From the NCBI RefSeq assembly GCF_006345805.1, contig NC_042997.1:108500001-108564000 (forward strand): 64,000 nucleotides of DNA, written 5' to 3'. This DNA comes from Octopus sinensis. Taxonomy: Eukaryota. Positions within the stretch are counted from its first letter, which is position 1. Each line of letters opens with the position of its first letter. The translations under genes and the position numbers were made by a program. The notes beneath the pieces were generated by a model that worked only from the letters and a program-made list of their open reading frames with translations, was not told the origin of the DNA and ran no database searches. Positions 1-13,243 of the stretch are shown one piece after another.

Positions 1-1120
1 CCCCCCCCGCTGCTTCTAAATGCGTCCTTCTCATTCCTCTGACTTCCTCGATTTTTCCTTGGCCTATGTATCAGACACTGCATCACTTTACTCTCATCCC
101 ATTTACTTGACTTATGTACAAGAGGCTGCACTGGATCATCCTCTGGCCTCTATTATTCCTTCTCACCAAAGTATCTTCTTGCCCTCTTTGTCCTTCTCTG
201 CTACCAACCACCATCACTTTCTTCTCATCTCGGGGGGGGGGGTTGGGTTGGGGGGCATTCCTTTTAACAGCCGTCACCTACACTTATCCTGTCACTCACT
301 CTTATCTTTATCCATTCCTGTTGTTGTCAGTCACTCCCTACTTGACTCCCCTCCAAGTAACCCTTGTCTCTTACATCATACTGCTGCTCCTCTCTTCCAC
401 CTTGCCATCTTGGTCTTCTAATCCCCTTCATGGCCACCTGAACCAATATATACACCCTATATTACTGACCACTCTCAGCCCCTTCCCTCATCTCTGCTCC
501 TATTTCTCTTCACTCTTCTCTACAATGGAAAGCCAATAAACCTTTTCGTTGACTGGTGATTGTAATAATCTGTTTAGTGTTGGTACCAACAAAAATGCGA
601 ATAGTAATGTGTAGGGTTTTCAGCTCCCTATATTCCACTTCTCTAGGGCTGTTGCCATGGGACAGTGTATCCAATACAATCTGTAACAGAAAGGACATCC
701 AAGCCAGGTGACATGGAGAAGCAAACCTACTTTATTGCATATACATACCATTATCAGTAGGCCTGTCTCGGTTTTTGACTACCAAATCCACCCATAAGGT
801 TTTGGTTGGCCCAGAGCTATAGTAGAGGTGCTGTTCAGTGGGACGGAACCTGAGACCACTTGGTTGTATGACAGCTGCTTCTGGTAAGAAATTACTTGGA
901 CTGGGATGACCAGGAACCCCTGCAGATGTTGTGGAAAGCTACTGTAAAAATGTTGATTATGATGATGATGATATATCTGTACATCTATGCACACTGAAAT
1001 ACATGTGCATATGTAAATACACACACACACGTCATCATTTTTATGCTGGTAAGAGTTGTGTGGCTCCTCACAGTCTGAGTCAGTTCTTACTGAGGGCCAT
1101 TGTGTGTGTGTGTGTGTGTT

Positions 1121-1393
1121 ACCAACGTCGCTTTACTGGCACCTGTGCCAGTGGCATGTGTAAAAAGATTCAAGTAAGGTCATTGCCAGTACCGCTTGAC
1201 TGGCCCCCGTGCTGGTGGCACGTAAAAAGCACCCACTACACTTTCGGATTGGTTGGTGTTAGGAAGGGCATCCAGCTGTAGAAACTCTGCCAGTTCAAGA
1301 TTGGGGCCTGGTGCAGCCATCTGGTTTGCCAGCCCTCAGTCAAAATTGTCCAACCCATGCTAGGATAGAAAGCGGTCGTTAAACGATGATGAT
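1121..1393 (+). mobile_element. Family A retroposon ((GAT)n-tailed SINE-like element)
   Basis: Shared body gcacccactacac...ggaagggcatccagctgtagaaac...gttaaacgatgatgat, which recurs about 20 times in the window on both strands. Confidence 0.85.
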
Positions 1394-2567
1394 ATAAGTT
1401 ATGAGCAGAGTTAGGGTCACTTCTGCTGTCAACAAGTCACTTGCTTTGCACCTTTAAAGACCCATGAAATTAGAAATCTGTCTGCTTGAAAAACTGGTTA
1501 GGGTAAATGGAAGCACATCTTGCTATAGAACGTCACTTCAATAATATATTTGTCTAACCCATGCCAGCATAGATAAATGGATGTACAAAAAATATGAATA
1601 GCTATCTATGTCTACTGATGTATGTATGTATGTATGTACACACACACTTGTTTTTTTTTTCCTTGTGTATCTTCCCCTCACTTGTCCCTTAACTGGGACC
1701 TCTTGTCCCCTAGTTGGACCCCTTTTCTCTGCTCAAAGGTACCTGACTGATGCTTTAGTGGTTGATGGAAATGCTAATTCATTGAGTGGAATATTTGGGC
1801 ATCTGCCCACTTTGTCACCACAAATGTTCATACAAACCTTCCTTTTAGATATTAAACCAATCTCCCAGCTACGCATTCACTCTTCGTATCAAGTCCAGAA
1901 CTTTAGAGTTACCACTATCAGTGTAGGCACAATGAAAAATAGGTCCAGAGGGATTATAGAAATGCTAAAGTGGAGGTGTGTAGATGTGTGTTGTGAACAA
2001 GAGGTAAGATGGAGGGGAGCCTCAATCAGACACTTCATGACAAGGAACAAAGGTATAAATTTTTCTGGGTGAGCTGTGATGATGATGTGGGGGGTGATAC
2101 TCAGTGATCAAAGTCAGTGTGTAAAGTGTGCTTACACTGCTCAATCTGGACTGGCAGATGAACAGCAGGACCTATTCCATGGGACCCTCTTGCAGACTGC
2201 CTTGGTGATGAATGACAATAAGTTAATCATTGTGGCTGGTGACTTTAGTGGACATGTTGGTCAGTGCTTAGTGGATCCCATGGTATGCTTAGAGGTTACA
2301 TTTTTGGTTTGAGGAAGAAAGAGGGTGCAGAACTAGCAGAGTTCTATGACGGCTTAGTTATGTCTGACACTGTCTTCAAGAAACCAGCCAGCTATCTGAT
2401 CACCTGTAATTTTGGTGGACACACAAATTGGACTGATTACATTCTCAATAGAAAAATGGATAAACAGATGCTTATGAATTGCAAAATCCTTCCCGGTGAA
2501 GAATGTAACCTAACATTGGTTGGTGAATAGTGATTTAAGATTTAGAGTTAAATGGATTCAGGAATAC

Positions 2568-2877
2568 TCATCATCATCGTCGTTTATTGTCCGCTTTCCA
2601 TGCTAGCATGGGTTGGACGGTTCGACTGGGGTCTGGGAAGCCAGGAGGCTGTGTCAGGCTCCAGTCTGATCTGGCAGTGTTTCTACAGCTGGATGCCCTT
2701 CCTAACGCCAACCACTCCGTGAGTGTAGTGGGTGCTTTTTACGTGCCACCGGCACAGGGGCCAGATGTGGCTGGCAACGGCCACGATCAGTTGGTGCTTT
2801 TACATGCCACCGGCACTGGTATTACAACTGCAATTTCCATTGATTTGATCGATTTCGATTTCACTTGCCTCAACAAG
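2568..2877 (-). mobile_element. Family A retroposon inserted in the RTE LINE
   Basis: (CAT)n followed by the reverse complement of the family A body. Confidence 0.85.
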
Positions 2878-3462
2878 TGAAATCGAAGAGGAAGATATAG
2901 AAACTTAAAGCGCCAGAAATTTCGAGATGTATTAGCAGGAAATTGAGGTATATCACAAGGACAAGGGAAAGTTCCTACAGGGCAGCCTGGTGAAGCCTAC
3001 AAACCAAATCTACAACTAGTGTGAGGTTAACAGAGCAATAAAAGTGAATAGACAAGTTTGAAAAGACTGTAAGAATTGGGACAAACAGACAGAGCTATAC
3101 AAGGTAGCCAGAAGCAACAGGTATATTTATGATGGAAAGAAGCAGATTAGTTGTGGTTTGTTAATGTAGCACGAGTAGCAGAAACCTGAGGTGATCCCAG
3201 ATACATGGTAGTGTATCAAAGAATCAAGATTTTGTGGATGAGGAGTGTTTTATGGATGGAGAAATAGAACATTCAGTGATTCTAGAGCGATGGATGGCTA
3301 TTAAATGTTGAGAATATATGGGAAAAAAAGGATTTTTTTGGTGTGAAAGGGATCAACCATTCTGGTAGAGAGTGGTAGGGTTGGAGACAACAGTAGGCAA
3401 GCAATGAAGGGTGTGAAGGTAGGGAAAGCCTCCAGACCATCAGAAATTACTAAGATAATTTA

Positions 3463-3711
3463 TGTGCCAGTGGCACGTAAAAAGAACCAACTGATTGTGG
3501 CCGCTGCCAGCCTCCCCTGGCACCTGTGCCGGTGGCACGTAAAAAGCACCCACTACACTCACGGAGTGGTTGGCGTTATGAAGGGCATCCAGCTGTAGAA
3601 ACACTGCTAGATCAAGATTAGAGCCTGGTACAGCCTTCTGGCTTTCCAGACCCCGGTCGAACCGTCCAACCATGCTAGCATGGAAAGTGGACATTAAACG
3701 ATGATGATGAT
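3463..3711 (+). mobile_element. Family A retroposon inserted in the RTE LINE
   Basis: Family A body ending ttaaacgatgatgatgat. Confidence 0.85.
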
Positions 3712-4954
3712 AATACTTAACCTATCTGGTAGAGCACAGGCTAGTCACTAGTATATTCAGTCAAGTTGTACAGGATGGTGTCAAGAACTAATGATTGGAG
3801 TAGCAGCATCATAAGTGTTACAAATTAAAAGAGATCTGTTTAGGAAAGGTTAATTACAGAGGCCTCAAATTGCTGGATTAGGTCCTGGAAATTACAGAGC
3901 TATTATAACTTGATTGATTAACCTTGATGAAATGCTGTCTTCCTAGTGAAACAATTTCAGAGGTACTTAGGAATAAATTGCTGTGCCTAGCATTTACCAG
4001 CCTGGAGAAAACCTACACTCAGGTTCCTTGCTTTGTGATTTGGTTGTTGTTGAAGAAACTAGGGATAGATGAATGGCATGTAAGAGCCATAGAAACCATC
4101 TACAGGGGTCAGCGAGGTGACGGATAGCTACAAATATGAATTTACTGAGTAATAGGGGTCCAGCAGAGCTTGGTGATCAATCCTCATCCATTTATCATTG
4201 CCCTCCAGGTCATAACAGGGTTCTGAGAACAGATACTTGTGAGAATTCCTGTATGCTGCTGCTGCTGATGGTAATATTCTATGGGATTAGAAAAGAAATT
4301 CCAAGGATGGAAGCAACACTTGAAATCCAAGAATCTCAAAATTAATGGCTAAAGTATTAATTAGTGACATCGGATTCTGCTACTATGAGTGAAATGACTT
4401 TTCTCAGTATACAGAAAACTGGTTGGTTGAGATTCCTTATGGTGTACCTAGTGCAATCTATGGATGCACAGGAGCTGCAGTGGAATCATGAGCGGGTTAA
4501 GAAAGAAAGCAGATTTTGCACATGGCAGTTAGGCCGGAGTAACTTTCATACAAAGAGTGCATGGGGAATAGATGGTTTGGAATGAGCAGGAGTATCGTTT
4601 GAGCAGTTAACTTCTGTTGAGAATGTATTGAGAGAGAAACTGGGCTTCAGTGGAATTGGATGTGGTGTGCAAGAGGGAGAAGACCATGTTGGAATAGACA
4701 TTTTGGAATGCATATAGATGAGAGCAGGTGTGTAAATAAGTACATGACACTCAGTGTGAATGGAACCTGGGAATGAGAGAGACTCAGAAAGATGTGGAAT
4801 GGAATGAAGAAGACGGATGTCAAAGTGTTGAGCCTTATGGAGGAAATGACAGAAATGAATTGAATGGAGACACAGAGAGCTTGAGAAAGCCACCCATCCA
4901 TGAAAAGCAGAGCGAAACTGATGTTAGGCCAACACACAAACACACACTTTTCTT

Positions 4955-5351
4955 TTTTTACTTGTCATTTTGATTGCAGCCATACTAGAGCACTGCCTTA
5001 AAGGGTTTTTAGTCAAAGTAATTGACCTCAGAATTTATTCTTTGTAACCCTAATATTCTATCACTCTTTTTTTGCCAAACCATTAAGTTACGGGGACATA
5101 AACACACCAAACAATGGTGGGAAGACAAACGCGCATATATATATACAAAGACACGCACACATATATTTATATGCATTCAGATATATATACAACAGGCTTC
5201 TTTCAGTTTCTGTCAACTAAATCCATAAGGCTTTGGTCGGCCTGAGACTGTAGTAGAATACACTCGCCTGAGGTACCATGCAGTGGGACTTAACCCAGAA
5301 TCATATAGTTGGGAGGCAAGCTTCTTACCATATTAGCTACACCTCCACCTA
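4955..5351 (-). mobile_element. Family B tRNA-derived CORE-like SINE
   Basis: Reverse complement of the intact copy at 57302-57710, with central (TA/CA) tract. Confidence 0.75.
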
Positions 5352-5374
5352 ATATATGTGTGTGTGTGTGTATA

Positions 5375-5576
5375 TAGCTTATTGTTCCATTGCAAGTAGG
5401 ATCAACAAAACAAGTATTCCATCCAGTGAGAGATAAATCATCATCATCATCGTTTAACGTCCACTTTCCATGCTAGCTTATTGTTCCATTGCAAGTAGGA
5501 TCAACAAAACAAGTATTCCATCCAGTGAGAGATAAATCATCATCATCATCGTTTAATGTCCACTTTCCATGCTAGC
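5375..5576. repeat. 99-bp tandem duplication
   Basis: gcttattgttcc...ccatgcta occurs at 5377 and 5476; one C/T difference; tagc microhomology at the junction. Confidence 0.95.
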
Positions 5577-5703
5577 ATGGGTTGGACGAATGACTGAGGG
5601 CTGGCGAACCAGATGGCTGCACCAGGCTTCAATCTTGATCTGGATACCCTTCCTAATGCCAACCACTCTGAGAATGTAGTGGGTGCTTAATGTGCCACCG
5701 GCA
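5537..5703 (-). mobile_element. Family A retroposon, truncated
   Basis: (CAT)n plus reverse-complement family A 3' body. Confidence 0.8.
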
Positions 5704-5739
5704 TCATCATCATGTCTGTTTTTCATGCTGGCAGAGGTT

Positions 5740-6065
5740 GGATGGCACTAGGTTCTGTTGCCTGTTTTGGCTTAGCGGTTAGGGTATTTGGCTCTTCAGC
5801 TCATGATTGTAAGGTCATGAGTATGATCCCTGGTGGCATCTTGTGTCCTTATTTCATGTTGCGTTGGTCCATGCAGCTGACAAAAATGAGTTTCACCTGT
5901 AATTCAAAGGGCCAACCTTGTCACATTGCATCACACTGAATCTTCCTGAGAATTATGTTAAGGGAACACGTCTGTGGAGTATTCAGCCACTTGTATGTAA
6001 ATTTCATGAGCAGGCTGTTCCATTGATTGGATCAACTGGAACCCTCGTCATAGCTGACAGAGTGC
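5740..6065 (+). mobile_element. Family D SINE-like element (3' part)
   Basis: Matches the reverse complement of the segments at 19020-19536 and 46370-46680 (gtggagtattcagccacttg...gatcaactggaac). Confidence 0.55.
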
Positions 6066-6145
6066 AGTAACCTGTTGAACTGGAGAAAATCCTGTTCTTT
6101 GGGGCAGGTAGAAGGGGGCAGCGTTAGGGTTGCTAGCTGGATTGA

Positions 6146-6830
6146 TTCCCCTACATTTCTCTGCTCCTTCTCTCTTTTCACCCTCCTCTCACTATATTTC
6201 TCTACTCCTCCTCTTTCCTCTCCCTACGTTTCTCTGCTTCTCTCTTTTCCTCTCTCTCCTCTCCCTACAATTCTCTACTCTTTTTTCTCTCTCTTCTCCT
6301 CACTCACCTCTCCCTACATTGCTCTGCTCCTCCTCTCTTTTCCTCTCTTCCCTCTCCCTACATTTCTCTCCCCTTCCTCCTCCCTTTTCCTCTCTCTGCT
6401 CTCACATTTCTCTCCTCCTCTCTCTCTTCTCCCTGCATTTCTCTACTCCTCCCCTTCTCCTCTCTTTTTCGCCCTCTCCTCTCCCTACATATTTTGCTTC
6501 TCTCCCTTTTCCTCTCTCTCCTGTCCTACATTTCTTTGCTCCTCCTCTCTCTCTTCTCCCTTCATTTCTCTCCTCCTCCTCCATTTCTCTCCTCTCTCTT
6601 ATCCTCTCTTTTCCTCTCCTTACATTTCTCTGCTCCTCTTCTCCCTTTTCCCCTCTCCTCCTCCTCCCCCACTCTCTTTTCCTCTCTCTCCTTTCCCTAC
6701 ATTTCTCCACTCCTCTCCCTTTTCCTCTGCCTCCTCTCCCTACATTTCTCTGCTCCTCCTTCTCTCTGTCCTCTCCCTACATTTCTCTGCTCCTCTCTCT
6801 TCTTTCCCTGCATTTCTCTGCTCCTCTTTC
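6146..6830. repeat. Polypyrimidine minisatellite-like tract
   Basis: + strand is almost all C/T with about 16 degenerate copies of cctacatttctctgctcc at roughly 30-75 bp spacing. Confidence 0.9.
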
Positions 6831-7897
6831 TGGATTCTTATCTTCATATTCTCTCTTTCATGTACTTCTATTTACGCTTATCACTCGGGATTGCATCGGA
6901 TGCTGCCTACCCCAGCCCCCTTCATCTTGCTCTCATCAACCCTTGGCACAAGCCTCTTCTGTTCTTCCTATCCTTTTCATACCCCTTCCTTCAACAGTGC
7001 CTGCTCTCTCACACTCTTCACTGTCACTCTCCTACTTATTTTCCCTTTAGTTGAGGGATCTCCCTCAAGGTTTTATGCTGGGTGCCATAAGAAAAATTCC
7101 CTTGTCCATTCTAGTAAATGGTTAGGTTTAGGAAGGGTATTCAGCTATAGAAACTGTGCCAAAACTGATGCTGTACTCCGTCTCATTGGACCCTGTTAAA
7201 CTGCCCACCCTGGCATCAAAAGTGGATGTACAACAATGCTGACATATTTTCATGTATGTATGTGTGTATAAGCTTGTCTAAGTACATATTTATGTGCGTG
7301 TATGATCATCATCATTGTTTAACGTCTATTTTCCATGCTGGAATGGATTGGACAGTTTGACAGGAGGTGGCAAGCCAGAGGACTGCATCAAGTTCCGGTG
7401 TCTGCTTCAGCATGGTTTCTATGGCTGGGTGTTTTTATGTCATACTGGTACAGGTGTTTTTAATGTGGCATCAGCACCTGCAGGTCACGAATTAGTTTGC
7501 AAGATGAGGAAGAAAGCCAGTAGACTAGTTGGTGACATTGGAAGAGATAGGAAGCCAAGAAGGGGAGATCTACACAGAGAAAGTAATCTTGAGTTGTATG
7601 GTCGTGAGGTTTTGTGTTGTCTTTGTTGAGGGCTGAGAAAGCTGAAGAAGAAGAAGGCAAAAGAGTTTTGTATCATGTCGGTTTGAGTGGTTGGCTACAA
7701 ATAACAAGAAATGGAGACTACATATGTTAAGGGTTGTTGGTGAGAGGAACTAAATGGTAAAGGGAGAAAAAAAATCAGTGAAATGAAAAGAGGAAGAGAG
7801 AAGCCGGCAAAATTAAATGGAAGGAAAACCTAGGAGAGCTGAAGGATAGAACTAGGATTACTACATTTGATGGGGGTTGATGGAACAGTTTATTTAA

Positions 7898-8112
7898 CAT
7901 TTTTACATTTAAACCAGCCCCATATCTGACCCCAAATAGTCTCCCTGTTTTTTGTGAAAACCAACCAGATCCAGCCTCTCACACTGGTCCTACAATGTCA
8001 TTCTAGAAATAAGCAATCACATTAATGAAAAGTCAAAGTGACAAGGGGTAATGCAAAACAAATGTGAATAAATATGCATTACGTTTGACAAAGTAATCTG
8101 ATTACTAGAGTG
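7898..8112. mobile_element. Degenerate TTAA-flanked MITE, same family as 35801-36017
   Basis: TTAA at both ends; body similar to the reverse complement of 35801-36017. Confidence 0.45.
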
Positions 8113-8476
8113 TTAAACTTGTTGCCATGCATTGGAGACTGAAAATGAAACATTCCTTCTGTTTCTTCAGGTGTGACCCCCATTGTACCTCTCATACATA
8201 AAAGATATAGTAACACTTCTCTGTTAAACTCCACTCTCCATGGCAATCTTTACACCTGTTATTTCGATAGCCAGAAAACAAGAGTTGGGTTAAGAAGTCG
8301 TCACCATGTGGTGTCATGTTCAGTCCCACTGTATATCCCTTTGAGCTACAACACTGGGCCAGCCAAAGCCTTGTGAGTAGATCTGGAAGATGGAAACTGA
8401 AAAGAACCCCTTATATATATATGTGTGTGTGTGTGTTTAATATACTATTGAATAACAGCAGGAAATTACATAATTA

Positions 8477-8652
8477 GCTTACAGTTGTTTCTACTATAGG
8501 ATGCATTGCACTCAGAGCTGAGAATTATTTCTGTGTATTTCTTTCTGAAATAAGCATACACTTAATTTTAATGGCTCTGAAGAAGTTATAAGATGTTGCA
8601 TAAGCACTCAGCTCTGAGTGCACTGCTTCTTATAGCAGAAACAGCTGTAAGC
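8477..8652. mobile_element. MITE-like element with 46-bp terminal inverted repeats
   Basis: gcttacagttgtttc...cagagctgag (8477-8522) is the near reverse complement of 8607-8652 (about 5 mismatches). Confidence 0.7.
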
Positions 8653-8795
8653 AAATGAAGTTGATTACATAGTTCTTATTCCTGTATCTTTCATTAACTT
8701 ATATTGTGCTTTTTACTTGTCAAATGTTTAATCCAGAACATGTATATTGAGTTCTAATAACTCAGTTATTATTATTGCTTTGCTTGAGTGAATCG

Positions 8796-8796
<1 letters not shown>

Positions 8797-8832
<36 letters not shown>
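8797..8832. repeat. (TA)n microsatellite
   Basis: Direct inspection. Confidence 0.95.
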
Positions 8833-8836
<4 letters not shown>

Positions 8837-9098
8837 TGTGACTGACCAAGCTATCAGATGTTGCTACACATCACTGGTCACAATGCGCTTCGCATTGTGT
8901 TAGCCTTCAAATGACGCCACCCCGCTGACTAAGCGAGCAGGCCAACAGAAGAAAGAGTGAGAGAAAGTTGTGGCGAAAGAGTACAGCAGGGATCACCACC
9001 ACCCCCTGCCAGAGCCTCGTGGAGCTCTAGGTGTTTTCGCTCAATAAACACTCCCAAAACCACGAGTCCGCTGCCCTAACCACTGGGCCATTGCATCT
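8833..9098 (-). mobile_element. tRNA-headed SINE, internally deleted
   Basis: Minus strand begins gcaatggcccagtggttagggcagcggactc (A-box-like tRNA head); left part resembles 17215-17350. Confidence 0.55.
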
Positions 9099-9339
9099 CC
9101 ATATATATATACATACACATATATATATGATGTGTGGGGAATTTATAGAAAGAAGTCCCATAAAACTTATCAATTTAGTCAAAAATGGGGAAGACAAGTT
9201 GTTAAAATATATAAGAGAATTTTAATTCATGCAGATGATCGTTTCGTACAGAGATATAAAAATAATGCAAATTCATGATTGAATATATATAAATTAATTA
9301 TATATATTATAGTACTCTTCGTAGTTTCAATTCCCAGAC

Positions 9340-9565
9340 CAGCTGCACATTATGTTCTTGAGCAAAACACTTTATTTCATGTTGCTCCAGTCCACTCAGC
9401 TGTTTATGGATAACCCTGTGATGGATTAGCCTTCCAATCAAGGGGAATGTTGACTTGTTTGCCCAGCCAGCAGGGTGGCATCATTCGAAAGCTAAAACAA
9501 TGCAAAGCTTATTGTGACCAGTGATGTATAACAACATCCAATAGTCTGGTAGATAATGTGATTTA
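9340..9565 (+). mobile_element. Family D-related SINE
   Basis: B-box-like gtttcaattccc, then cttgagcaaaacactttatttc...ccctgtgatggattagcc; reverse complement of 17215-17512. Confidence 0.6.
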
Positions 9566-10142
9566 TAATATATTAAAACATATATCAATAAAACCTGTTA
9601 ATTAAACGTGTGTGTGTGTGTGTGTGTGCATGTATGTCTCTGTGAGTATATGTATATAAGTATATGTGTACATGTTTGTATGTATGTGTGCCTGAATATA
9701 TAATTCTGTGTATATATGTGTGTCTATGAGTATACATATGTGTATATGTATGTGCCTGGACAGGTGCATGCAAAATGAAAACCTGCATATGCACTCGTTA
9801 GTTTCAAAAGTATTAATTTAAAATTTTACTTCAATTTGGAACATTGCTTAAACAGTAATGCAGTTTGAGTCCTAAAATTTATCATTTTTGATGAATCAAC
9901 TGCAAATTTATGTAAAAGAGAGAAGAGAATGCTGGTTTGGCCATGTGGATGGATGCTGACAGCTCGGTAAAGAAGAGCCAATCTCTCAAAGTAGATGCAA
10001 CATGTAGAAGAGATGGGATGAAGTACTGAAGAATGACCTTTCAAACAAGTTGCCTGGTGCCTAACTGTACCCAAGAAGTCCCGTATCCCACAACAGAAGT
10101 GATAAGGCTACTCTCCTTGGTGAAGATGGTTGGCCTGCATGA

Positions 10143-10330
10143 TTGGCACTCTACCAGTGCCACGTTAAAGCACCCAGTACACTCTGTAAAGTGGTTGGCG
10201 ATAGGAAGGACACTCAGTTGTAGAAACCATGCCAAATCAAACTGGAATCTGTTGCAACTCCCCAGCTTGCCAGTTCTGGTCAAACTGTCCAACTCATTCC
10301 AGCATGGATGGCTGACATTAAATGATGATG
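10143..10330 (+). mobile_element. Family A retroposon, diverged
   Basis: Family A body with gacattaaatgatgatg tail. Confidence 0.7.
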
Positions 10331-10430
10331 TATTTGGCTGGAGTTGGTTTTTCCAAGAATGCAAACAGCATAGGCTGTACGACAGTGTTATTTGCTTACA
10401 ATTAGCAGGCAATGTCAAGACAAGGAGACA

Positions 10431-10472
<42 letters not shown>

Positions 10473-12634
10473 TGTATGTTGGCAATCTTCTGTGAAATCA
10501 TGTCCAGCCATGTGCTGTTCTTGTTGAAAGGATTAAGGCAAATACTACCTTACTTGGATACAGACGACGGCTGGTGATAGGATGGCCATCTGACTGTAGA
10601 AAACCTCAACCGTATCTTGAATTGAGGCCCTTGTTTTACAGCTGAGGGTCCTTAACTGTCTTCAATTAAAGGATCTCTTATTTCACACGTTTTTGAAGCC
10701 GCAAAGTAAATGGAGAGTTTGTTGAGTGGCAAAATATCAACAGTAACACTGCTGTTTCTAGCTCAGCAATTTTCAGTGAAGTGTAGGCATAAACACACAC
10801 ACACATATATATATATATGCACACGGAATTATATATAATATATAAATGCATCTGTTGCTAGGAAGGGTATCCAGCCGTAGAAACCATACCAAAGCTGACA
10901 GTAAGGCGTGGTGCAGTTTTCTCACTTGCCAGCTCCTGTCAAAAGCATCCAACCCATGCCAGCATGGAAAGAGGACATTAAATGATGATGAGGCTGGCAC
11001 ACACACACACACACACGCGTGTATAATATATGACGGGTTTGTTTCAATTCCTGCTTGCCAAGCTTACAAAGCTTGGGTCAACCTAGAGCTATGGAAGTCT
11101 CTTGCCCTAGGTGCAGCGCAGTGGGGCTGAACCTATAACCACGTGGTTGCGAAGCGAACTTCTTAACCATACAACCTAACCCCCAACTCGTTCTCTCCTT
11201 TTGTGCCTCTCTCTCTCTCTCTATACACACACACATATATGCTCACGCACACATTTATGTATAAGAAAATGGCCATCTTAGTTTAGTGTTTGGTTAAATA
11301 ATTTTTTGCTGCGATATTTTCTCGCCAACACAACTATTATCACCGTTACCATCATCACCATGTCTGTTACATCATAAATCTTTTCATATTGAGGTCTATT
11401 GATGATGATGATAATAATAATAATAATAAATTTATAAAAAAAAATAATAATACCAATGTTGATAATACTTGTATCGTTGATGTTTTATATCCAATTATAA
11501 TAATGTGGACACAAAATCGGGGATTGGTCACTTCGTCGTTAAAAACCCTAAAATTTCCACCAATTGTTTGTGCAGTAATTTTTGTTTTTTTTCTATTTCT
11601 TTGCTTTGATCGATCCCTATCGATGATGTTTCGATATATATTTCATGTATTCTTACCTCCGAATGTTTAGTTTTTCCTGTGAGACTTAAGTTGGTATAAA
11701 TTAAATGGAGGCTTGTTGGCTCATAATTTGCGTTTCCGTACACACACATATAATAATGCACATACACACTTTCGCAGCAACACACATATACACAGCAACA
11801 TATCTATATACGCACAGAAACACACACATATATCATGTAGTAACATATTCACACAGCAACATACTAGCAGTAACACATACATGCACACACACACACATAC
11901 ATAGCAACACATACACAAAGTAAACCAGTACATATTTACATGTAATACGCATACACTCATCGACAGATACATGTACACACACACACACACAACCATTACA
12001 TATATGTATGTACACACACACACTAACCACATCTCTGGGCACGTCTACACCATTTACTACCTGCAAGGTGTCTGTCCAGGTCTGTTATATATTACCAACC
12101 ATTGTCAACTGCATTAATTGGACTAATTCCTGCCGTGTCCAGTGAAGGTGTTGGCTTCTGTCTGGCCATTAATGGTCACACAACACTACAAGAAGATTCC
12201 AAACAATAGAATCTCCCTCTCCATTCTCTTTTTGTCTTCTCATCTTTCGACTTCAACTAATTTGCTAATTCTTACATTTGATTAATTCCTTCCTTTCTCT
12301 CTCTCTCTCTCTTCTCCGTTCCAACCCAGTTTTTCAACATTTCAATGTGTGTATATATATATACATACATGCGTACGCGCGCGCCTCATGGTGATGTTTC
12401 TAGTTTTCAGAAAAATCTGCAATATTGTCTGTGTATCTCGTGTGTGGTCAATTAAACGAGTTTAACCTTCCAGAAATAGCAGTCAGATCTCCCTCAAGCC
12501 TTACTCGGACAACGGACAATGTAGTCTCTTTCTTATCTGCCCCAAAGTGGGATGGTCAAGACGGGAATGTTTTTTAGAATTAAGTCTGTTGAATAACGGC
12601 TTACGTGGTGCCAAATAACAACACAGTATACATA

Positions 12635-12638
<4 letters not shown>

Positions 12639-12682
<44 letters not shown>
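12639..12682. repeat. (TA)n microsatellite
   Basis: Direct inspection. Confidence 0.95.
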
Positions 12683-12684
<2 letters not shown>

Positions 12685-13166
12685 GTGTCGGAATTTATAA
12701 TTCTACGGGACAGAATTTTGTCAACTGAAGTGAGGTACCAAACAAGATGCATCTCCGACCCTTATTGATATCTTTGGTTTCTTGTCCGGCCAAATATTCC
12801 ATGAAATTTCCCTTCTTAAAAGTAGATTCCGTACACTGTTGCATGATAAACTCCCTCTCATGATAAACTGGTGACACCACTGGGCTAGACAGGGAACCTT
12901 GCTTGGAAGTCGTTGCGAACAACTAAAGAATATTCTGACTCTCATAGAAATATATTATGTATATATAATAACCGGAATAAACACATAAATGTGAAACAAG
13001 GTGGAAACTCAGAGTAACAGGTTTTGTTGAATTTTCTGCTGCTTTAAATAAAGTATATATATATATATGAAAGAGAGAGAGAGCGATAATATATACACAC
13101 GATGTGTTTGTGTGTATGTATATTTAACTGTATAAGTGTTTTGTGTATATGTTATATGCGTACACA

Positions 13167-13179
13167 TCCCTTGAATGCT

Positions 13180-13240
<61 letters not shown>
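13167..13240. repeat. (TA)n microsatellite
   Basis: Direct inspection. Confidence 0.95.

Positions 13241-13243
<3 letters not shown>

Larger units (their letters stand above)
1700..4930 (+). mobile_element. Decayed near-full-length RTE-clade LINE (APE endonuclease + reverse transcriptase), interrupted by two family A insertions
   Basis: ORF fragments FRVTTISVGTMKNRS..EQEVRWRG, AYTAQSGL..IIVAGDFSGHVG, FKKPASYLIT..TDYIL and LAFTSLEKTYTQVP..KLGIDEW match RTE endonuclease/RT motifs; many stops and frameshifts; 5' boundary approximate. Confidence 0.85.

Noticed and set aside
6075-7199. Longest ORFs in the track (374, 306 and 186 aa)
   Set aside because: L/S/P/F-only translations of a polypyrimidine tract that lacks stop codons by composition; no domain or splice support
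10600-10680. Short imperfect hairpins as miRNA or H/ACA RNA
   Set aside because: Pairing is weak and ambiguous; no H or ACA boxes in the right positions
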